From NCBI GenBank assembly GCA_030704615.1, contig CM060732.1, forward strand, positions 6,944,001 through 7,008,000: a DNA stretch of 64,000 nt. Direction: 5' to 3'. The DNA is from Takakia lepidozioides. Taxonomy: Eukaryota; Plantae; Bryophyta. The position numbers and the translations under genes are program-made. The notes under the pieces are model-generated. The model saw only the letters and a list, made by a program, of their open reading frames with translations. It made no database searches and was not told the origin of the DNA. Shown here piece after piece: positions 39,431 through 50,800 of the stretch. Numbering within the stretch: position 1 is the stretch's first letter; each line of letters starts with the position of its first letter.

Positions 39431-40960
39431 CTAATGGACACCGAAGCAAGTCGGGCAGCATAAGTAGGAAGGATGTAGTCCCTTTCTGGACTAGGCATGA
39501 AATCCCCCCTGGCAAAAAAAGGCACGTTCCTCCTGCCCATGAACTCCGGTATAGACGTCCCTCCTGCAGTACTTGGCATTCTACATTAAGAACAAATCCA
39601 CTTCAAGAATGTCAATACCAGCAGAAGCAGAAAGGGTTTTCAATGAAATAAGAGAGCGAAGGGAGGTGCCTCATGAAATCTGGAGGCAACTTACAATGCG
39701 ACCACTCACTCGTAAACCGGGGGCTCCTCGGCCTCGATCCCAACTTGTTCCTCCCCCTGCTCCTTCTCGGATTTTTCCTCATCCTCCAAGGGTGCCTCTT
39801 CCTCTTTGGGCAGACATTCAGCCGCTGCATGTTCCGAGTTGTGGAGGGCAGTATCTGGCTCGAAGGCGAACACATGCCTGTCGGACAACGTCCCTGCCCA
39901 CATTGAAGCACCTGAGGAACAAAGCGGGCGGTTAATAGCTTGCGGCATGCAATTGCAATCGGGCTAGGGGACATACTGAGCACGTGAAGGCTTACCCGTG
40001 CCACATGTGAGGTCAAGAATCTGCCCTTGGACATCCGAGCACGTCTCCATGAGGGTTTGGATGAAAGCGGGGCTCCGGGTCTGGCTGTACCGCCACGGTT
40101 TGCCTGTCTTTGTGTTCTTCGGCATACTGGAGTGGGGCACATAGTTGTAGAGGACATCATAGGTAACAGGGTCCACAGCGGCATCAACAAGACGACCGTC
40201 GTTGCGGAATTTGAACGTAGACCCTCTCTTCACAAAGCAATATGCCTCAAACACCAATGTCTGCACATCCAACAAAAGAGGGGTCAACTCCGGGATCTAG
40301 TTTAGATACACCACAATATGAGGTGAATGCAATAGATTGATAACTTACACTTTGGCCCTCTGTTCGCAACCCCTGTGTATTGATGCAAAACCATTTTCTA
40401 GGGAGGACCGGGGTGACAATTTTCGGTGTCCATCTTGCCACCGCATTCTCTGTGCTCTTGTGGCAAGGACAACCACACATCCACCGTCATCAAGGAGCAT
40501 CCCCGCCAGCCCAAACCCGGCTTCCCAGTAGTCCTCAGTAAACCTGTTCCAGTTGGGCACACCATCCAGGCCCTCCAGCAGCTCCCCATCTGGAATGTCG
40601 AGGAGAATCATATCGCAAGCTCTCTCCACCTCAACCCCCCCCCCAGTGCTCTTGCAATCCGTGCTCACAGCTGTGAAGAATTCCATCATGGCTTCAAAAC
40701 CAGGGGTGTCTTTAGGCTCTGTACCGGCAGCCCTCTTCTTGGCTTTCCCCTTCTGCTCCGCCATAGACTTGTTGTGTGCCACCTTCTTCGCCCTGGCAGC
40801 GAGAGCGTCAAGGAAGCTCTCATTGACGCATTGGATGATGGTTGGAGGTTCTAGCTTTGGCCTGTGCGTAAACGTCACCGCCGAATACCGCCGTGTAGGC
40901 TCGCCCTCAAATGCCAACTTCTTGGCAGAGCCAATCCCACTCCGAACTGACTTGGGAACC
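39431..40960 (-). pseudogene. Family B C-terminal exons: beta-class N4-cytosine/N6-adenine DNA methyltransferase fold and acidic tail
   Basis: CDMILLDIPDG (motif IV position), LLDDGGCVVVL, QTRSPAFIQTLMETCSDVQGQILDLTCGTG (motifs X-I). Removing intron 39912-39995 joins this to ASMWAGTLSDRHVFAFEPD. Confidence 0.78.
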
Positions 40961-43948
40961 CCCTTTGCCGCTTGGTGTCTTTGCAGGTGGTGAGACCTGC
41001 CCTCCCAGGCGATATCGACAAGCTGAAATTCTCTTTCCGGGATGGATATCGAATGGGGTCTGCCGCGTTTTACGTTTCCATTGAGAATGACCACGGAGCT
41101 TCCTGTGCCCACACTTCCGATGAGGTGGACAAATGGGGTCCCCATTGGCAAAGGCAAAATGAGGAGTTCGAGAGATCGATTGTTACTGATCCTCTTTTCC
41201 AGCACTTGTCCGGAAAGATCTTTTACGTGTGGGACGGCAATCATCGCCTCCTGGCATGGATGGAGCACATAGCCGAAGCCCACCCCAACGACCTCGATTG
41301 GCATTTCGCCGTGGAGTGTGTTGTGCTGAAGGTTGCGGGGCCCAAAGATCGCAGTCTTCTCAAAGCTTCAATGGCGGACATCAACTCGTAAGTTACAACG
41401 CCTCTTGCTTTTGGACCCATCCGATTGTAAGTCATTTCATTGCGAATCCTCATATTTGTTGTAAATTCCCATTTCAGAATTGTTTGATGGAAATGTGGCA
41501 TTGCAGGGTGACTGAGAATGCCTTCATTGCCATCAACTTGTCCCATATGCTCTTCCAAGTGAAGGATGTCGGGAAGCAGGGGGTGCAAGAGTTTGCCAAT
41601 TCGCTCAGTGCCGACCTCCTGCGCAAGTCGGAGGCAAAGGCAGACAGAACCTGGTATAGGCTGAGCATGGACGCCATGGTGGACTACATATTTCGGGTAA
41701 AGCTCCTGACTGTTTTGTTGAGCTAATCTGTCTCTCCTCCCCCAATAGAAGAAAAAGTGTTGAGCAGGATCTCTAATCTTATGTGCGCATTCTTGACAGA
41801 CAAAAATTCAGCAGGATTTGGCACATGCGCGGAGGTTCTACATGGAGTCAGAGGAGAAGAATCTAATCCTCCCGGCACTCGAATCGTATCTCAAAGCTGC
41901 GGAGGCCAGGGCCCGCATAAAGTACAAGTCGCGGATGGTAAAGTACGTGGCCATAGCTGATCCCGCCCTTGGTGCCGACTTTCTGGTGGAGGTGGGGAAG
42001 CACTACTCCCGCGCTCTGAAGCCCACGATGACATTGGAGAAGCTCCATCGTCTAGCCACATCCTGTGTGGATGCAACAGAAAATGTGATACATTCTTAAC
42101 CAAATTGTGGTGGCAACAACTCGTTTTTGTGGTGTTTGGCGCTTACGAATATGCTGGGTGGTTGGACAGACCCGGTGGCTCCAAATCTGGAATGGTTCCC
42201 AAAGTACAAGGGACATGTGGAGCTTCCCCAAACCGGACAAACTGTCTGACCCGACATTCGACATGTGGATGAACCGCATGACATGGTGGTTTCAGGTACT
42301 TTCCCACGCTTCGTTTGGCGCTTCTACTCTTGTAGGGGGTGGATTCATTGTATTTTTTCAGGAAGGCGATCTGATGGAGAATCTCCACAGATGACGACGA
42401 ATGCGCAAGAGCAGCTGGACACACAAGCACATCAGTTCAAGATGGAGATTTCTCCTGCAGCAGAGAGCCTACGCGACTATGTGACGAGGTACTTTCTGCT
42501 GTACAAAACCGACCTATTCTTTCGGGAGATACCCCATGCCCGCCGGAGCCACGAGTTCACCGACCAGCCGAACGCGGACAAAGCAGCAATGCGCCTTCTG
42601 TACAGGTACATACGCGATGCCTTCCTTTCAAGTCCTTGCATTTCAGGATGTTAGAGACCTCATGTGGCGCATAAAAATTGGTCCTTGGAAAAATGGCGCC
42701 GAATTTCTAGTCTAGGGCACCCAAAATGGCTAAGTCCCTAGAGTGGCTGGCACCACAAACCGAAATTCGGCGCCATTTTTCCAGTTCAAGGCCCAGTCAG
42801 TTCTGGGACATCGCCATTTTCGGGCCGGACCTGGGAAAATGGCGCCGAATTTCCAGTTCAGGGCTCCCAAAATGGCTAAGTCCCTAGGGTGGTTGGCACC
42901 GAAAACCGAAATTTGGCGCCATTTTTCCAATTCCAGGGCCAGTCAGTTCAGGGAATTAGGCATTTTCGGCCCGGACCTGGGAAAATGGCGCCGAATTTCC
43001 AGTTCAGGGCTCCCAAAATGGCTAAGTCCCTAGGGTGGCTGGCACCGAAAACCGAAATTCGGCGCCATTTTTCCAATTCCAGGGCCAGTCAGTTCAGGGA
43101 CTTAGGCATTTTCGGCCCGGACCTGGGAAAATGGCGCCGAATTTCAAGTTTAGGGCTCCCAAAATGGCTAAGTCCCTAGGGTGGCTGGCACCGAAAACCG
43201 AAATTCGGCGCCATTTTTCCAATTCCAGGGCCAGTCAGTTCAGGGACTTAGGCATTTTCGGCCCGAACCTGGGAAAATGGCGCCGAATTTCCAGTTCAGG
43301 GCTCCCAAAATGGCTGTCCCTAGCGTGGCTGGCACCGAAAACCGAAATTCGGCGCCATTTTTCCAGTTCTAGGCCCAGTCAGTTCTGCCCCAACCTGGGA
43401 AAATGGTGTCGAATTTCCAGTTCAGGGACCTCATTCTGTGTTTTTCATGAATGCGGGTACTGCAAGCTCTCCCTTTTGGAGAAAGGTCATCTGTCTTTCG
43501 AGCCACTGGCATGGAGGAACCCTGGGGCTGACTCCATGTACACTGACGTTATTGTGACGGAGTGGCATCTGGAACATTTGCGTGATTGCCCTTGGTATGT
43601 GGACCTTCCGCCCGGCTCACTCGACCCATCCGAGTTTCAATTGAAGTTGGATGCTGAGGCCCGACGAAACCGGGCTCCGCTGCCTCCGCTGGGTCCAAAA
43701 GAGGCAAAAGCGCTTGCGAACTCTAGGATAGCGGCAGAGCTTGCTCAGGCAGGAATTCAGGAGAAATTGAATGAGAAGAATAAAGGCCAAAAGAAAAGGA
43801 CAAGGAAACAGGTGAGTACAGTAACACCCAAAAAACAGAAAACCATCGGGGCATCGGAGGAGGCGCAGGAGGGGACCCAAGGGAGTGACTCGGACGACGA
43901 CTTTGTTCAAGGTCCTGCGACTGTTGCTGCTGCTACCAAGTCACCGGT
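40961..43948 (+). pseudogene. Family B middle exons: ParB/Srx-like domain and helical region
   Basis: PLCRLVSLQVVRPALPGDIDKLKFSFRDGY..FYVS..FYVWDGNHRLLAW..VECVVL. Introns include 41388-41506 and ~42606-43456. Confidence 0.8.
42686..43420. repeat. Intronic 146-bp tandem repeat, two GGCGCC-centred palindromes per unit (~73-bp spacing)
   Basis: Units recur at 42743, 42889, 43035 and 43181. Confidence 0.93.
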
Positions 43949-44039
43949 CGATCACACGGCAGATGTCCCCTCTGCACGGAAATGAAGCTCTATGCTCATG
44001 AGGAGGGCAGTACACTGTAGTGCTCGGGTTTTCCGCCAT
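43949..44039 (-). pseudogene. Family B transposase N-terminus
   Basis: MAENPSTTVYCPPHEHRASFPCRGDICRVI aligns with family A MAPNSYAIVCCPPQLGRAWIPNEGGLCRVT. Confidence 0.7.
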
Positions 44040-44339
44040 GGGAGATGTGCACACAAAACAGCCAGGATGGCGTGCGGGCAAGCTCCCTGGTAGAAGGGGG
44101 ATGCACCAATGGGAAGGAATGCGGTGCCGATTTGTCCGTGCGACGAAACCTGATCCAAATCCAGGGAGCCAACTATCTCAAAAATCCACAGTCAGAGTGT
44201 TAATGAACCTTGTCTCTGGAATGCGGCCCCTGGTCTTTGCGCAATAACTGCCAACGGTATGCAGTCAGAAAGTGGGGGGCCGCCCGGATGATGTCGGCTG
44301 AAGGGGAGAAGCCGGCACCGGGCCGTCACATTACTACCC

Positions 44340-45140
44340 CCGGATGGAAATTCGGCACCGAATATCCAACAAGGGCCGCCCAGTTGAAGTCGCCTCGGGC
44401 AGAGAGGCCGGCACCTGTCCGACAGAGAACATCCCCCGGATGGAAATTCAGAGCCGAATTTCCATCCGGGCCCCCCAAAGGAAGTCCCGTCGAGGAGTCA
44501 GGCCAAAAAACTGGCCGATATAAAAACCTCCCCGGATGGAAAAACGGCACCGAATTTCCATCCGGGGCCATTCGGATGCAGTCGGCCCGGGGGGAGAGGC
44601 CGGCACCTCGCCGTCACATTACAACCCCCGGATGGAAAATTGGCACCGAATATCCAACAGGGGACGCCCGGATGAAGTCGCCTCGGGCGGAGAGGCCGGC
44701 ACCTGTCCGACAGAGAGCATCCCCTCGATGGAAATTCGGTGCCGAATTTCCGTCCGGGCCCCCCCAAAGGAAGTCTTGTCGGGGGGCCAGGCCGAAAACT
44801 GGCCGACATAAAAACCTCCCCGAATGGAAAAACAACGCCGAATTTCCATCCGGGGCCGTTCGGATGCAGTCGGCTCGGGGGGAGAGGGCGGCACCTGGCC
44901 GTCAAATTACAACCCCCGGACGGAAATTCGGCACCGAATATCCAACAGAGGACGCCCGGATGAAGTCGCTTCGGGCGGGGAGGCCGGCACCTGTCCGACA
45001 GAGAGCATCTCCCGGATGGAAATTCGGCGCCGAATTTCCATCCGGGCCCCCCCAAAAGAAGTCGTGTCAGGGGGTCTGGCTGAAAACAGGCCGACATAAA
45101 AACCTCCCAGGATGGAAAAACGGCGCCGAATTTCCGTCCG
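44340..45140. repeat. Palindrome array with 96-bp spacing (288-bp higher-order unit)
   Basis: Nine central hexamers at 44354, 44450, 44546, 44642, 44738, 44834, 44930, 45026 and 45122. Confidence 0.92.
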
Positions 45141-45299
45141 GGGCCGTTCGGATTTCCCCCTAGCAGTCGAGAATTCCCTGAAAAACGTGTCTGAAAGTGG
45201 ACTTCAGCCAAAAAACTAAAGGTTTAGTGTCTTTTTAGACCAAAAACCTAGCGGCCACGCTCAGAAATTACCTGCAGGATGGTAATTCGACGCTTCGAC

Positions 45300-46295
45300 T
45301 TACCTGGCGGATGGAAATTCGGCGCCGAATTTCCATCCAGCAGCGATCCAAGGTACCTGCTGGATGGAAATTCGGCGCCGGATTTCCGTCCATCCGGGAT
45401 CCAAATTACCTGCAGGATGGAAATTCGGCAACCGGATCTCCATCCATCCGCTCTCCGAATTACCTGCATGACGGAAATTCGGCGCTCCGAGTTACCTGCA
45501 GGATGGAAATTCGGCGCCGGATTTCCATCCGGCTGCGCTCCGACTTAGCTGGCGGATGGAAATCCGGCGCCGGATTTCCATCCATCCGCCCTCCGAATTA
45601 CCTGCCTGATGGAAATTCGGCGCCGGATTTCCATCCGGCCGCGCTCCGACTTAACTGGCGGATGGAAATCCGGCGCCGGATTTCCATCCATCCGCCCTTC
45701 CTATTACCTGCATGACGGAAATTTGGCGAGCCGACTTAGCTGGCAGATGGAAATCCGGCGCCGGATTTCCATCCATCCGCTCTTCGAATTACCTGCATGA
45801 CGGAAATTTGCAGCGCCGACTTACTTGGAGGATGGAAATCCGGCGCCGGATTTCCATCCATCTGCGCTCCGAATTACCTGCATGATGGAAATTTTGCGCG
45901 CCGACCTACCTGGCGGATGGAAATCCGGCGCCGGATTTCCATCCATCCGCTCTTCGAATTACCTGCATGACGGAAATTTTGCGCGCCGACTTACCTGGAG
46001 GATGGAAATCCGTCGCCGGATTTCCATCCATCCGCGCTCCGAATTACCTGCATGACAGAAATTTTGTACCTGGCGGATGGAAATCATGCGCCGGATTTCC
46101 ATCCATCCGTTCACAAGTAACCTGCATGACAGAAATTTGCAGCGCCGACTTACCTGGAGGATGGAAATCCGGCGCCGAATTTCCATCCATCTGCTCTTCA
46201 AATTACCTACATGACGGAAATTTTGCGCGCCGACTTACCTGGCGGATGGAAATCCGGCGCTGGATTTCCATCCATCCGCTCTTCGAATTACCTGC
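45300..46295. repeat. Palindrome array GGATGGAAATYCGGCGCCGGATTTCCATCC, 53-bp spacing in its first part
   Basis: Centres at 45321, 45374, 45427 and at 45513, 45566, 45619, 45672. Perfect 30-bp palindrome at 45554-45583. Confidence 0.93.
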
Positions 46296-46299
46296 ATGA

Positions 46300-46970
46300 C
46301 TGGAAAAATGGCGCCGAATTTCCGATTTTGGTGCCAGTCAGATCTGGGACTTAGCCATTTTCGGCCCCGAAATGGAAAAATGGCGCCATTTTTCCAGTTC
46401 AGGGCCCCGAAAATGGCTAAGTCCCTAGGGTGGCTAGAACCGCAACTGGAAATTCGGCACCATTTTTCCAGTTCCGGGCCCAGTCAGATCTGGGACTTAG
46501 CCATTTTCGGCCCCGAAATGGAAAAATGGCGCCATTTTTCCAGTTCAAGGCCCCGAAAGTGGCTAAGTCCCTAGGGTGGCTGGAACCGCAACCGGAAATT
46601 CGGCGCCATTTTTCCAGTTCCACGCCCTGTCAGATCTGGGACTTAGCCATTTTTGGCCCCGAACTGGAAAAATGGCGCCATTTTTCCAGTTCGGGGCCAA
46701 AAATGGCTAAGTCCCTAGGGTGGCTGGCAGCAAAATCAGAAATTCGGCGCCATTTTTCCAGTTCCGGGCCCAGTCAGATCTGGGACTTAGCCATTTTCAG
46801 CCCCGAAATGGAAAAATGGTGTTATTTTTCTAGTTCAGGGCCCGAAAATGGCTAAGTCCCTAGGGTGGCTGGAACCGCAACCGGAAATTCGGCGCCATTT
46901 TTCTAGTTCCGTGCCCAGTCAGTTCTGGGACTTGGCCATTTTCGGGCCCAACCTAGGAAAATGGTGCCGA
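46300..46970. repeat. 146-bp tandem repeat with two palindromes per unit, related to 42686-43420
   Basis: Centres at 46310, 46382, 46456, 46528 and 46602. Shared AAAATGGCTAAGTCCCTAGGGTGGCTGG. Confidence 0.92.
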
Positions 46971-46974
46971 AAAT

Positions 46975-47791
46975 GGTTTACGAGTGAGTGGTCGCATTGT
47001 AAGTTGCCTCCTGATTTTGTGAGGCACCTCCCCTCGCTCTTTTATTTCATTGAAAGACCGTTTCTGCTTCTGCTGGTATTGACATTCTTCAAGTGGATTT
47101 GTTCTTACTGTAGGATGCCCAGTACTGTAGGAGGGACATCTACACCGCAGTTCATGGGCAGGAGGAACGTGCATTTTTTTGCCAGAGGGGGATTTCATGC
47201 CTAGTCCAGAAAGGGACTACATCCTTCCTACTTATGTTGCTCGGCTTGCTTCGGTGTCCATTAGGAGGTGTTCCGAACCTAGTCGTGTACAGCAGATTTT
47301 AGACGAGGCAAGCCTCAAGAAAATGAAGATGAGGGAGGAGGCAGCAGCTATTAGAGCCCGTCAGGCTCGTAGATTTGTCTTGGATTCAGTTGAGGAAAGT
47401 GGGGGAGAAGATGCAGAAGATTCCCAGGAGGTGAGGTGGACAGTCCCCCAAGAGGACGGGATTTTTGAGAGGCATAGTGGAACTGATGCATCACAGAGCT
47501 CGGAGGATGAGGGGGATGAGGGGGATGAGGAAGAAGGTGGGGCAAGTTCCTCGGAGGGTGTAGGAGAGTAGTGCCCATTCCGGCTATGACAGTTAGAACA
47601 CACTTGTATAGACGTGGCTTGCCACAAAATTTGCAATAAAATGTTGCATTTCAAGTCCACTGGTGCCACATTCCAACTTCACATGACCCTGTTTTCGTGC
47701 CTCCTAACCCTATTTCCGTGGACACACAATGGTCTACTCATGCTTTTTTTTTTCCGCTCATGCTCATGCCGCTCATGAAATAGCAGCCCCA
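46975..47791 (+). mobile_element. End of the nested family B copy: last exon (acidic tail, stop at 47571) and TIR
   Basis: 46975-47264 matches the reverse complement of 39431-39720. Ends ...GCTCATGAAATAGCAGCCCC. Confidence 0.75.
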
Positions 47792-48317
47792 TCCATTAGG
47801 AGGTCTTCCGAACCTAGTCGTGTACAACAGATTGTAGACGAGGCAAGCCTCAAGAAAATGAAGATGAGGGAGGAGGCAGCAGATATTAGAGCCCGTCGGG
47901 CTCGTAGATTTATCTTGGATTCTGCTAAGGAAAGTGGGGGAGAAGAGGCAGAAGATTCCCAGGAGGTGAGGTGGACAGCCCCCCAAGGAGAGGACGGAAT
48001 TTTTGAGAGACATAGTGCAACCGATGCATCACAGAGCTCGGAGGATGGGGGGGATGAGGGGGATGAGGAAGAAGGAGGGCCAAGTTCCTCGGAAGGTGTA
48101 TGAGAGTAGTTCCCATTCCTGCTATGTCAGTTAGGACACACTTGTATAGACGTGGCTTGCCACAAAATTTGCAATAAAATGTTGCATTTCATTGCTATGA
48201 CAAGTCCACATGACCCTATTTCCGTGCCTCCTAACCCTATTTCCGTGGACACACAATGGCCCGCTCATGTTTTTTTTTTTCGTTCATGCTCATGCCGCTC
48301 ATGAAATAGCAGCCCCC
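47792..48317 (+). mobile_element. End of the host family B copy: rest of the last exon (stop at 48103) and TIR
   Basis: Direct repeat of 47257-47791, followed by gypsy sequence. Confidence 0.75.
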
Positions 48318-49426
48318 CAGCAAGTTGTACAATTTAAACTTCCAGACATGGTAGGACCACATTGTATGCCACACAGGATTCCACTTAAAGTTCGGCCGTT
48401 AAAACACCTAAGGGGGGACGAGGATTCTGATACTACTGTTTCTTCCGAGGACTCTTTTGACATGGCAGAGGATTCTGCACTTCAGATGGCAGAGAAGAAA
48501 CGACGGGGATCTTCTATGCCTGAGAGGTTACCTCGTTATCAGCCAAAGGAAGGTCAGACATTTCTAGGTAGTGCTCAATCATCTCCATCAGCCAGTGACA
48601 TGACTCGGGCTCGCACACAGAGTCCTTCACGAGACTCTCACCGTCAGAAGGGTGCTCGCTCACAAAGGTTTGCTAATCCCAAACAGTAAACCGTGAGGAC
48701 ACGGCTTTTTGAGAGGGGGAGGGGTAAATGTTAGAGGGCTGCTTGGGACTTAGACGCTTTTATGGGTTCTGTGGGGTACCCTTAATTTTTGCGCAGACTG
48801 AGACCAACATGAGTCTTAGGGATGGCAGGAGCAGGCTTTAGGGAGCTTCGCACAGCCAGTCACAGCCCGCCATAGCTTGACACAGCCCGCCACAGCTTCG
48901 CACAGCCCAACACAGCTTCGCACAGCCAGTCACAGCCTGACACAACTTCACACAGCCTGACACAGCTTTACACAGCCAGTCACAGCTCGGCACATCTTGA
49001 CACAGCCTGTCACAGTACATAGGGAACAGTTATCATTGACAGGGAACGACTGTGAGGGAACGACATCTGCAGAGGGAACGTGTTACTTCAAGGATGATGG
49101 TTAGTTAGTTAGGTGGTTAGAATAGCTTGCGGGTAGATAAGGAGAGCGGCAACGGGAAGGGGATCACTCTGGAGGAGGGCGACTTGTTCAGGAGAGGAAG
49201 AAACGTAACGGAGAGCAGGAAACAGTGTAGAGGAGATGATGACTTGAATGAGGCTTAGTTCATGCAAGCTGTAGAATTATACTGTAGGGCAAATTAGAGT
49301 CACCATGGCATTGACCTGATACCTGATAAATCATAATCTGATACTTATTCGATACAATCACACTGTGTAGAGAGACATGGGTGAAGCTGTGGAATGAATG
49401 CATGATTAACTGGAACTTAGTAGATA
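48318..49426 (+). mobile_element. Gypsy 3' end: end of the extra ORF, PPT (48711-48724) and truncated 3' LTR (from 48729)
   Basis: QQVVQFKLPDMVGPHCMP matches 12328-12380. 48476-48840 matches 12873-13240. Confidence 0.85.
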
Positions 49427-50800
49427 CTAGCGGAGACTGTTCACAACGCCTGGATGCAGCAATCTACCAAAGTAGGATGTGACTTGTATGTGGTCACTGC
49501 TGACGACATGGTGGTGCGGGCACTTACACAACAAACCAGGTACCGCAATTTTCTGATGGGACGGGGCGGAGGCAAGGGCCTTGATACAACTTTGTTGATG
49601 CTAAGGGCTGCGAGTAGGTCCGGAGACCCCTCGAAGATGGCCAGAGCTCTGAATAGATGCACTGAAGGCTCCCCTTAGCAATCCAGGCTCCCCCATTTGG
49701 AAGGCGAGAAAAGATTTGGATCATGCAAAAGGAAATTGCATGATCATGCAGGGTCGGATGGAAATTCCCATCGGCCGGACAGGGTCAATTTCTCTGTACC
49801 AAGGGTGTCTCCAGTGCAGACTAAGTCGTGTGCCCGCCCCTTCCCAGGTGGGTCCTCCTCCAGTGGAGCAGGTGCAGATCATGCAAGCACAACAGCAAGA
49901 ATCCCATTGGAGGAGGTGGTGGCCATGGTGCATGAATCTGATTGCATTGATAGTGAGTGGCATATAGAACGCACCCCACCAGGATCTAGAGTGGCTTGCA
50001 TGGCAATTCGGACCCCCTCTTTCAAGAAATGCAAATAAAAAATATACAAAGGCTCCAGGGGGACTCCAGCTCCAACATTCACAGGGTTGTTCCGACCTTA
50101 TCATAGTGGGGAGTCAAAGGACCACAAGTTCTGGTTCTGCCCAGACGATATGGCACGATGCGTCAAGGGAACAATTCGTCCTTCGGTGATAATGAAGCCC
50201 CCTCCCCCCGCAATTTGGCCTGTCAAACTTGGGACGTCGTTGTCATCAACCGAGATAAGCATGCTGGAGGAGGGAGGGTTCTGTCTTGCATGGTCCCGGG
50301 TGGTGCCCTCATGCACTGTCGGCACAGATGTGCCACATGCTCTGGCAATGCCTCCACCCGGTGCCGACTCCCACCCAACAAAAAGAGATGGAAAAACAGT
50401 GCGTCGTGTTGCTTCGGGTGCAGATCACGAATGCAAGATGGAATAGGCTAGAATTTTGCAGGCTCGGGTGACTCGTATCACCGAAGTCCCTGCCCCGGGG
50501 TATGGACGGATTTACACAGTGCTGTCTATTGGCTCAATTCTTCATGGCAAAGAATATCAGGTTACCGTGGGGAATTTCCCTACGTGCACTTGTCCGGATT
50601 TTGTAATGATGCGTGAGGGCGCTCTCGGCATGAGAGGGAAGTGGGTCCCCTGCAAGCATCAATATTACATATACCTTGTAATTATGTGTTGCGACGGCAA
50701 GAGAGACCAATTCATTCACCAAGCCACACTAGGCTACGGAGAAGTCATCACCCTTCTGCAGCGGGACACCTCACGTAGGGCTCCGCCAAATTCTCTTTGA
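49427..50800 (+). pseudogene. C-terminal half of a third, diverged MULE transposase (family C) with SWIM
   Basis: LAETVHNAW (catalytic E region), LRAASRSGDP, PHLEGE, FWFCPDDMARCV, WPVKLG and PTCTCPDF..CKH. In-frame stops. Confidence 0.8.

Larger units (their letters stand above)
36404..48317. mobile_element. MULE family B: host copy plus a nested, internally deleted copy, later rearranged
   Basis: The pieces rejoin into one gene. TIR ends at 39430, 47791 and 48317. Target duplication TCCATTAG. Confidence 0.75.

Noticed and set aside
42686-43420. 146-bp unit as nucleosome-positioning DNA
   Set aside because: The length match to the nucleosome core may be coincidence. Adjacent cores need linkers, and the unit is explained as two ~73-bp site spacings.
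39431-43948. Bacterial plasmid or prophage contamination (parB plus methylase)
   Set aside because: The gene has GT-AG introns at positions conserved between families and lies inside MULE TIRs. No parA or phage genes are present.
1126-46970. Dozens of short ORFs with RKCGAAFP, NGNAAPHF or MEIRRRIS motifs
   Set aside because: They are translations of the palindrome arrays and appear in all six frames.
47257-48317. Simple tandem duplication of ~530 bp
   Set aside because: Better explained as nested insertion of the element into its own family's last exon, given the TSD and TIR positions.
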